64,000 nucleotides of DNA from Fimicolochytrium jonesii (Eukaryota), in NCBI RefSeq assembly GCF_025526975.1, contig NW_026515670.1, positions 62,001 to 126,000 of the forward strand, written 5' to 3'. How positions within the stretch are numbered: position 1 is the first letter of the stretch; the number at the start of each line of letters is the position of its first letter. Positions 10,930 through 20,405 of this stretch are shown here, piece after piece. The notes below the pieces were generated by a model, which saw nothing but the letters and a program-made list of their open reading frames with translations, did no database searches and was not told where the DNA came from. Both the position numbers and the translations under genes were made by a program.

Positions 10930-13081
10930 TCATCGCTGGCGCATAACCCTTGGAACGGGTGGCGTCTCCACCGTTTCCCTCTCATTCTGGAGCTTCTCCA
11001 GCTGCATTTCTGTATGCTTGAGCTTCTCTTCCAGCTGCACCACGTCTACTTCACGTTTCTGCCGACTGAGAGACACGTTCCCAGCTTCTACGTGCGCTGT
11101 GACGAGGGGTCCGTATGGGTGTGTGCGATGGTTCATTGTGCTGTTACAGCTTCATACTATTGTTTCGACGTTGGCAGCGAAAAGGCCCAAGGTCTCTTGA
11201 CCTCTTTAACTAGCTTAGGCTTGGCCGTTCCTTGAAACCCTAAGGTGAAGTCCGGGTTAAGGAGCAACCCCGGAACACCTGCCATAGGGCGTCGGAAAAT
11301 TGGGTGTCCGACGTTCTGCTGCAACGTCCTCGACGACGTTTGCCCCCAACTATGCCTCGCCAGCAGTTTCCTTTGCGATTCCGTAACCTTCATCGGCGGG
11401 TATGTGGCCATTGAATTGGTCGATGCAAGTTGATCTAGGTACCCCTGGAAATTCTCGACGCTCTGACGGCCCTTCGCTGAATTGCATGGCCAGCAGGACA
11501 TTTCAATTTCCTGATGTGGGTTGTCGTACGACAGGCAAAATTTGACTCTCTCTTTGGAAGCCATTTGAACGTCCACTGCTCCCGCCCGTATGTTTCGGGC
11601 GAATTTAACGGCTGTATTCGTCAACGTTATTTTCTTGTAGTTCCCGGATACCGTCGCCCAAGGAAGCAGGATATCATCCTCAATCTCGTACTCCCATTGA
11701 TGTTGCTTAGCTTATCAAGCATCATCTTCGGCTTTTTGCTTCTTGCTTTCCGCTCCAGCAGGTTCCTCCTCACAAGCAAATCCCTCGTCATCATCAAGCG
11801 ACTGCGGGACTGGTACAGGTTCCCTTTTGCATCGATGATTTCCTGTTCGTCATGTCGAACGATCCGCAAGACTGTGGTCCTGAAGGTGCTTGGAAGCCCC
11901 ATCGTTGCAAGAAATTCGGGGCACCCTGCTTCTCCGACGTGCCGTTTCGGTGCGACTTCTCGTTACGATACTTCGTCACTTTTTTGCGAATCTCCTCCAT
12001 GATTTGAGCAGGTGTGCGAGCCGCACGGCGGGTCCCGCAGTCAGCCCATGAAATCTGTCTGATATCAACTCCAACCATACGCTGGTGTGTACCCACCCCA
12101 ACACGAGCCCAGCCGCTCCCCACGAAAGCAACAAAATGCTCAGAACCTGCCACTTCGGCTCCCCTCTCCACAGCGCCTGTGGCACGCCCAGCAGCTGAAC
12201 ATCCACCTTCTCCCCCGCCGCCAATGACGCCGAAAGCAGGCGGACCATGGTGAGAAACCCGACGGACCCCACAAGGACTCCCCGATGGGGACGTATAGAC
12301 GCATAAATGCCTCAATACTGGGACTACTCTGCCAGTCGGGAAGCCCGTGCCCACTCAATGTAGAGACGGTGGGGAATATCCGAGACCCTGATGAGGATGG
12401 GATAATCCTGAACGTGGTAGGAGGCCGAGGAACTTCCGCGGTAGTGGTGTATCCAAAGGATTGGCGGGCATATGTCAGTTGTGACGGGGTCATAGAACCG
12501 GGTGCCGCGGTATTCCCTAATGATCCATTCGGCCATCACCATGGCATACAGCGCACAGACGACGCCGTTCTGGTCGGCACGGGTACAGCTCCAATCTCAG
12601 TGGATTCAAGTGGCATGATGTGCACCTCCGTAAGCTCATAATTCGCTCGTCCTTCAACTCTCCAGCATTTGGCCTTTGCCCACCAAACGGATTGATCTGC
12701 ACTCGAAAGGTCAGCCCGATATGAGGCAAATTGAACACCACTGACGGACGGTAAAACATTGCGAATGTATGGGTATCCCGGCTCGGACGAGACGGATAAC
12801 GAGTCAGCATTCACATGAATGTCCATGGCTTGCATCCCCCATTTGCTGTTTATTTTGAAGTGATGTTTGAGAGCTTTCCTACCGGATCTCCATCCTCGCG
12901 TTCTTGCGATACTCATCCAGCTTCGGTCGCTGCTCTTCCACCGTCCTCGCTGATCATGCTCGTACTTGCGTCGAATGGCGTCCTTTCGCGGGATATACGG
13001 TGCCTTGAGGGGTGGCGGGAACCAGTGGGAGCGGTCAGTCGGAATAGTGTTGGTGTAGACTATGCAATTGGTACCATTCAA
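10930..13081 (-). pseudogene. Fragmented gene(s) with an HNH-endonuclease-like motif, CxxC pairs and a coiled coil
   Basis: Overlapping short minus-strand frames: SYDNP...SCWPCNSAKGRQSVENFQGYLDQL (11427-11535), RRCTSCH...LCAVCH (about 12540-12630) and a coiled coil (10930-11136), with stops and frameshifts between them. Confidence 0.45.
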
Positions 13082-13460
13082 TGGCGGCCATTGGGCCAGT
13101 GCCCAAAGTGATCGTCGCCAGCACCTGGCCCAGTATGCGCCTAAGTGCAGCTACACCGGCGTCCCCCATCACCATCAGTCCTGCAAGGAGTGGTAATTAG
13201 TCAGTGGTGCATGGTGACAAGAGAGTAGGTGGGCACAATGCACCTGTACGCCTCCAGCGCCTCCTCCAAATCCCTCCTCGTCCTTGGCGCCGCTGGCTAC
13301 TCCCTTAAAAACATCACCGCAAATGCCACGGCCCACTTGTACTCCGTCGAATTCTTGATGGAAGACACGCGGATGAGGCTGCCTTCATATTGCTCAATGC
13401 GCTGCCGCATTGTAGCATGCGCAGTGGCATGGGCTGGGTTTCGATGGGGAGCGCGGGGGC
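13081..13460 (-). pseudogene. Copy A of a locally duplicated orphan gene segment, with nonsense codons
   Basis: MRQRIEQYEGSLIRVSSIKNSTEYKWAVAFAVMFLRE*PAAPRTRRDLEEALEAYR, then an intron (gtgcat...ctgactaa...ttgcag), then CSCT*AHTGP...HFGHW; closely matches 19330-19710. Confidence 0.7.
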
Positions 13461-13569
13461 TGAACCAGGCAGCGGTAGAAGTAACATGGTTGCGGTGGCG
13501 GTTGGGTTAAAGTGATTCGTGTGCTTCGCTTCGGGAGCCTGGTGATGCTTACGTAGCAGGTGCTGGATG

Positions 13570-13740
13570 TTCTGAGCTCCTCAACTCGCTCCTCGTCCTC
13601 GGCGCCGCTGGTCATTCCCTCAAAAACATCACCGCGAATGCAACTGCCCACTTGTACTCCATCCCATCCAAAGCACTCTGCAAAGCACTCGACGCGCGGA
13701 TGATTTCAGCTTCCATGTCGTGCATGCGTTGCGTCATTTC
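13570..13740 (-). repeat. Partial, diverged copy B of the same segment
   Basis: cctcgtcctcggcgccgctggtcattccctcaaaaacatcaccgcgaatgcaactgcccacttgtactcc matches about 13276-13344. Confidence 0.7.
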
Positions 13741-14799
13741 ATAACTCGAACGCCTTCTTGCTGTGTTACCAAATCTCCCAATTCTTGCTCGTGATGTGCA
13801 ACCCTATATGGAATCCAGCAAAACTGGGGTGCCGGTGTGATCGAGGCGCAGGGTTACGCACGAAGGTCTGTCCTCAGAGACTTTAGCTGCTCCTTGGTAG
13901 TCACCGAGCTGCTCAACCAGGGCATCCTTTGATACCACAAAGTGATCTCGTCGTCGAAGACCCAATATTTTGGCTTCGCAGTAGGCCCTTCCTTATCCAG
14001 TCCTTCGGTAGCTCGCTTGATGAAACGAGCCGACTCGGCATCGTCAACCTCCTCCCCGACAATATGGACGAGCGGGTGGGTTTATGCAGTCTGTGTACGA
14101 CTGTTGCCTTCGGAAAGGAACCGGGTGATCCGGCCGAGTAGATCATCCCGGGAGCAGCATCGTCAACCTGTACGGCTTCCACTACTTCTTTCAAGACTGC
14201 GGATCTGCGGGAGGCTGAAATGCTAACGGTATGAATTCAGCCGATGACTTTTTCGAGATGTTCTCAGGTGCGCGGCGTGCCCAGCGATGGTACAGCTACT
14301 TCTCGCGGCTCTATCGCTTGACACTTTCGTAAAATTCAGACTTCTTGATAACTTTGTGAATGCGATCCGATACATCTACGTCTGCCTCCGGGAGGTCGGC
14401 AATACGGCTCCGCCCACTGTCCAACTCCTCCGAGATAATATGGAGTTTACACGCCGGGATCGTCTCAATCTCCAGAGGCAAGACGTTCGCAGGTGCGACG
14501 AGAACCCCGGGCCATCAAAAAGGCATAGTGACTTCCCTTCCGCGCATAGTCCCCAAGAGCTTGATGATATCCAAGCGCTTCATACACAGAGAAAAAGACT
14601 GTCCTTCCGAGTGAGGAGCGAGAGTAGGCGAGCGACAGCGCGATAGGATACATCCTCGGAAGTTTTCGCTGCCTATCCACCCTTGATGTCGAAGTGAAGT
14701 ACTGTTAACGAGGAAAGGCGCCACTTGGTTGAGAGCAAAGAGCAGAGCGAGAGATACTAAGACGAAGTAGGTTGGATGCGTGGAGTCGGAGTCCTCACG

Positions 14800-15512
14800 T
14801 AGCGAATGTCGAGATCTGTTGCCGCGGGCGAAAGTCAATCGTGTGCTAGAAGGTAAGGTAAAGAAACGCCAGAAAGGCATTCCAATAATAGCGTCGTAAG
14901 CCAGATTACTGACTAGCCAGGGAAGTTGTCCAACTAAGAAAAGCGACTGAGATTTGAGATCCCATAGATCTTATTTTTTGAAACGACCGTGTCGAGAATC
15001 ATATATGATTCTTTGTCGGCCAGCCATATCTGCTTTGGTTCGATACGTTTCTTGGGAAATTTGTGCTTTTCGATGAATGTCTTGTCAAGGAATAAGCCAG
15101 TTGCACCGCTATCGAAGAGAACACGAGCAAATTTGTTTCCGATATGACAGTGAGAGACCCAAAGGCCAGCAGACAATGGTTCGTAGGCAGGTTTATCGGT
15201 GAGATCGTATGTTGTAGGCCGAGCAGAGTTACCGAGAGGCTCTATCGACCTTGGAAAAAACCCAGTATTTTGACTTGAGGTGGTACTAGTAGTATTCGCA
15301 GAGTGTACTGCGTCATCGAGAATTTCCGTAATGCGTGACCCAGCATCAACCTGATTGGTTGAACCTTGTTGTTGATTAGGTTGGCGACTGCGCTGCGGAG
15401 TCTGAGCGCCACGACCGCGCTGTCGAAAACCACCGCGTCGGTTCTGGGTTTGAGAGTATTGCTGTCGATTTTCGGGGTTCGACCAGCACTCTACTTTCCA
15501 ATGTCCCATTTT
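14800..15512 (-). mobile_element. Degenerate Ty3/gypsy-type LTR retrotransposon fragment (Gag zinc-knuckle half plus aspartic protease)
   Basis: KMGHWKVECW (second half of a CCHC knuckle), an Arg/Gly/Gln-rich nucleocapsid tail, the retropepsin motif ARVLFDSGATGLFL, and YDAIIGMPF in a shifted frame (about 14870-14900). No RT, integrase or LTR recognised. Confidence 0.8.
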
Positions 15513-16251
15513 CGGCTTGAAGTATCACCCTCTCCAGTGACGATGAACGGGGCACTTCGGCAGAGCTTGCACAGTTGATACGGGCATCGCTCATTCCTCC
15601 TGCAGAGGCCCCGTTGTTGAGCGCCATGGATCTCGACAGTTTTCCCATATACCCGGAACTGGATGGTGCGTTTCATGGTTAGGTGTCCACCCCGGGGCTG
15701 ACTGAGTAGTGGTCACCCTGTTTGTAGTATCGCGCCAGTCGATGTTGACAGTCTGGAAACTCAGCAGTAGAGGTGGAAGCGCAAAAGGATTCGGTGGCAC
15801 ATAATCGACGGCTTTCCGCATGTCCGTCCTGCCGGCACCTGCGTCTTGGAGCAGGGATTTCGCCGTTTGTCCAGAGATACAGCGACAGGCGTAGGGTCGA
15901 GCGGCCCGGCAATCTGCAAGGTCGAGGAGGAATTGCACCAAACGCCAGCAGTGGCCTTGTGGTCGGCCCGGAGCTCCGCGTTGAGCTCTGCCTTCCCGAC
16001 ACCTGGCCCACACATGATGCCGAACAAAAGTTTCGGAATTTCCGCGTGGTTTTATATGCGGCAAGGGTATATTTTTCTACAATACATGAACACATACTTA
16101 TACAACCTATTCTGCACGTATTATCGGGGATGGTTCAGTAAGTCAATGCTGCCGCGCGTTCCGAAAAGTTTTGTCGTGGTATTGTACAATTTTACGCCGG
16201 GTCTCAACCACAACCACAACCTTTTCCTCTTCCTCCTCCTCCTCTTCCTCT

Positions 16252-16419
16252 TCCTCTTCCTCTTCAACCGCTCCCTACTCAACCTCCGGCCGTGCTGAGC
16301 GGGCCGGGACGAGGGAAAGCCACGCAACGAACGACTCCTCTTCCTCTTCAACCGCTCCCTACTCAACCTCCGGCCGTGCTGAGCGGGCCGGGACGAGGGA
16401 AAGCCACGCAACGAACGAC
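16252..16419. repeat. Perfect 84-bp tandem duplication next to a (TCC/TCTTCC)n microsatellite
   Basis: tcctcttcctcttcaaccgctccctactcaacctccggccgtgctgagcgggccgggacgagggaaagccacgcaacgaacgac occurs at 16252-16335 and 16336-16419. Confidence 0.95.
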
Positions 16420-17128
16420 AACACCAACATGTACTACGTCCACGCCATCGGGAGCAGACGGACAGGCGGGTTGCGGAAGGGGTTTGTTGAGAGAAGGGTG
16501 ACTCGATCGACGTTTGCTTCGGGTGCGACGGGGGGACGGGATGCAAGAGGGGGGAGTCGGCGGATATGACGGCGGGGAGGCAGAGGGGGCGGGAGGAGAC
16601 GGAAGATTTGCAGCGGTTGTCGGAGCGTTTCCGGCGAGGCTCAACGACCTTGGTCGGAACTCGGCGAGGGTCAGAAAGAATGCCGATTCTCGACCTTGCG
16701 AACAGGGCGCGTAAATTGTTACAGTACAATTTACGTAGCGGCAGAACAGAACACATTTTTTTGCCGTTCGCGCTACAAAACTCCCTTTCGCGCGAGGGAA
16801 AAGCCTGAAAGGGCGGGCTTTCGTATATAGAAGACGGCGGTGGAACCTTTGAAGTTGGGAACGATTGAAATTTGCGCTGGATCCATACAAGTTCTATCTA
16901 CAACATGACATGTGTATGGGCGCATTGGGCGGAGACTCCTTCGCGCCCGCTGAGAGGCCAAGCAAGACCAACGAGCGAGCGACGCACGGGCAAGTAGGCG
17001 CGACGGTGGGTATGGTAGGACTCGCAACTTGCCGCTTGGCTTGGCATGGACACCGGGGATATATAAGGTGGGAGGGTACCCTTCAGCAACTACCCGCCCA
17101 CCGACAAAGCCTACCTACTGCATTCCAC

Positions 17129-17841
17129 GATGCTTTTCCCTAACCTTTTCCTTCGCGTTGACTGTCACTTTCTGGCACATCGCCTGCTCCGTCTTCGCCG
17201 GCGCCATCTGTCGCCATGCGTTCCAGGGACAACTCGACGCAATCAAGAGCATCCCTTCGTACGCACGGGAAGAGCGCCGTACCATCATACCCTTTGATCG
17301 CTCCCTCAGCAGTCTCTCCCTCACTGCTGCCTGGTATCCGTCCACACTCCTCGCCACCGCCTTCCTTTCCGCCATCACAGTCATGTACCACATTCACCAC
17401 CGTCTCGCCTCGGGTTCGAGTCGTGCTTCGCAGAAAACCGATGTGGCCTTGTCGCCGGACCATCACCCCTACCTAGCGGTCCCTTTGACCGGTAACGAGA
17501 CGGACTTCGACACGGCGTCCATGTCCCGCCGTCAGGACATGTACGTTGACCTCTACCGGTACGTGAAAAGCTGCATCCGCGAAGCGGCGCAAACCGACCA
17601 CTTTTCCGAGGTCAACGAGGATCGCTTCCTTTTTGCGATTTCAACGACCGCCACCAATGTCCATCCTGACCTCTTCCCCGAGGTGGCGGGGCAGTTATTG
17701 GGGACCCTGCGGCGGGAAGGCTTCAATGTCACCCGCTGCGAAATCGTGAACAATATCTTCTGCCTGCGAATTGACACCAAGTATGGGCAGCAAACGGCAA
17801 TAGCTTCGGAGGACGAGATAGCCGTGCTTGCTCCAACCTAG
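17129..17841 (+). CDS. Orphan membrane protein with two hydrophobic segments; start possibly frameshifted
   Basis: TATA-like gatatataag near 17058; the ATG near 17130 is out of frame with the long ORF (LTFSFALTVTFWHIACSVFAGAIC...LLATAFLSAITVMY...); AT-rich 3' flank. Confidence 0.4.
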
Positions 17842-19329
17842 CCGTAGAATAAACCTCAGAATATGTATTATTGTGCTTCTCTTAGCCCTAGCCTTCATGT
17901 ACCTATAGTTTCATACTCTATACAAAACGACACCTCCATCGACAATAGATAATTCTAGACAACACTCATCGCCACCGCCTTCTTTTCCGCCAGCGCAGTC
18001 ATTCACAGTTGCCCGGCACATAGTTTGTTATCGATAACAACACTCATGCGAGTCCAATCACTCTACGTGTACGCTTCCAACGCAAAACCCCCAGGCACCA
18101 TTTCACGTCCTCATCATTTGCTAGGCCACGAAACAACGTAACGCAAATAAGAGGGTGTACTCCAGGAACACCGACCATAAATAAGCATGCTGCATCGTGA
18201 CCTTGCGAATCGGCATGTACTGCGACCCTTGCGAATCGGCACTAGGCAAGGGTCAGAAGGCCGAGGTTCGGCAGGTCAGAATGCGTCCACCGGTGTTTGC
18301 GAGAGGAACGACAGACGCGGACGGGGCCAGGGGGGTTATGACGGAGGCGGATGACGCGGGTTGGGCCAGGGAGGTTATGATTGCGGGGGCGGCGGTGATT
18401 GCGGTTGTCGGTGTGGTCGTCGGTGCGGTTGTTACGGGAGGTTGTTGCGGGAGTTCTTGGGGGCCTGTGGACAAAGGCCTTCGGATAAATGACCATGCTC
18501 CGGGCCACATCAATTTAGAAACCAATCCTTTATAGATCGAGACAGCATAGTTAGCGCGACTTGACGGGCGTGGACCGCGTCGCTTCATAGGAGCCAAGAA
18601 ACCGGTTGACAGCATTTTCCAGCGGAATCGCCAACTTCTTTTTTCTACAAGTTTCTGTTTATCAGACACACAGACAATCATAAAAAAGTAGGAGTGTCAA
18701 GTCCGGTTCCAACAATCTGTCTATTCAGTGAAAAAGAAAGCATCGCAAAATGTCACCTATTGTAAAAGTCTCCAGCATTGAGAGTATGAACCAGCTCTCA
18801 TATATCAATTTTCATGGCACGGTGGTTTAGTGGGAGACGTACGTACTTTCCCCTCTTGTCAAAGGACTGCTTCCAAAGAGCTGTGACAGTATTGTTGCTG
18901 ACTCCACAGGCCTCCGCCGTTCTGCCACGTGCATCAACTGCAGCCAGGTTGATGGGTAAGTTGTCTGCATGAAGGTAAAGGAATCTCGCTGGGGAGGCCA
19001 TTGGGTTAGGCACACTCAAGAGGGCGTGTGATGGCCCAGGAGGTCTCCCTGTGCTGTGGGGAGTCAGTTTGAGACTCGGCAATTATGCAATGGCACAATG
19101 GCAAGCAGAATGGCAAGGGGCCAAGGGCTACTGTCGCCGGTCGGAGTGAGGAAAAGGTGTATTTGTTGCTTGAATATCGTGAATCTGCGGGCGTTTCTGT
19201 GCGCGGATACCGCGTTGCTAAACACTGTCAGGTTGCGCTAACTATGCTGTCCTGATCTATAAGCCTTTGCGCTGTGCCAAACCAAAGGTTTATTACCACT
19301 CACTTTACCTGCAACTGATGCCAAACAAG

Positions 19330-19710
19330 CGAGGCCATTTTGCCAGTGCCCAAAGTGAACGCCGCAAGCAGCTGGCCCAGTATGTGCCTGAGCGCAGCTA
19401 CACCTGCAAATGCCCTCCATCGCAGGCGTCCCCCACTGGTGGTACTTAGTCAGTGGTGCGTGGTGACAAGAGCAAGACAGTAGGTGGGACAACGCACCTG
19501 TACACCTCCAACTCCTCCTCCAAATCCCTCTTCGTCCTCGGGGGCCTAGGCCACTCCCTCAGGAACATCACCACAAACACCACGGCCCACTTGTACTCCG
19601 TTGAATTCTTGTTGGAAGACACGCGGATGAGGTCGCCTTCATACCGCTCAATGCGCTCCCGCATTTCAGCATGCGCAGTGGCATGGGCTGGGGTTCGATG
19701 GGGCCTTAAT
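19330..19710 (-). pseudogene. Copy C of the duplicated orphan segment, part of a longer decayed gene
   Basis: MRERIERYEGDLIRVSSNKNSTEYKWAVVFVVMFLREWPRPPRTKRDLEEELEVYR, then CRCSCAQAHTGPAACGVHFGHW. The intron acceptor seen in copy A appears deleted, and the upstream acidic tract contains a stop. Confidence 0.55.
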
Positions 19711-20317
19711 CTTCCTCAGTGAAATCCCCGTCCTCGTACTCCTCGTCATACTCCTCGTCTCCGTTCTACTCATCATGGTCGTCGTCCATGTTTTCCTCAT
19801 CATCTGTGCGCATTGGTCGGGTCCACCCGGTCTGTTGCGATGCCCCAGCACCTCAACACATGAGGCCTTCATATGCGGATGACACTCAGCTTTTGGGTGA
19901 TGTGAACAGGTCGTAGTAGCCCAAAGTCGGAATGTGCGACCGCAACCACTCTGATCGCCTTCGTATGCCTTGCGGACGCTCTTGACAGGTCAAGAAGGTC
20001 GGCAATGCAAACGAAGGAGACCAAAGAGCGCTGACAGGTCATGTCGAATGCGCAAAAGAAACAAATTTGCCGGATGAGCAGAGCCATAATTTGGTTGAAG
20101 AAGACGAAGAGGCCGCCGCCGAGCCCGCGGGGATGTTTCCAAAGAAAAGCGCCTTCCTTGGGGTTGCGGGTGGTGGCGGGGGCGGCGCAACTGCGACCGG
20201 GCGGGCCACAGCCGGGGTAGGGGCGGGGTTTGCTTGGTTCATTGTTGTCGAAAAGCCCTTGTGTTCGATGGATTTGGTGTCGAGAAAAAGCTAATGCTTA
20301 GTTGATTTCCCTGGTTC

Positions 20318-20405
20318 GTTGTTGTCGATGAAGTTGAGCTCAATTGATTTGTCGAAGGAGTTGTTGTCGATGAAGTTGACTTTTATTGATTTCTCGAAGG
20401 AGTTG
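20318..20405 (-). repeat. 42-bp (14-aa) coding-type tandem repeat, two copies
   Basis: NSFEKSIKVNFIDN / NSFDKSIELNFIDN; gttgttgtcgatgaagttga occurs at 20318 and 20360. Confidence 0.85.

Noticed and set aside
13700..14800. Possible reverse transcriptase or integrase downstream of the retroviral protease
   Set aside because: No YxDD, RNase H or integrase motifs found in the minus-strand frames I read, and no LTR pair located.
13081..19800. In-frame stops as recoding (selenocysteine or an alternative genetic code)
   Set aside because: The stops are TAG, co-occur with frameshifts and deletions, and conserved genes in the window use the standard code.
16252..20405. Short repeats as a CRISPR-like array
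   Set aside because: Only two-copy tandem duplications without unique spacers, in a eukaryotic context with no cas genes.
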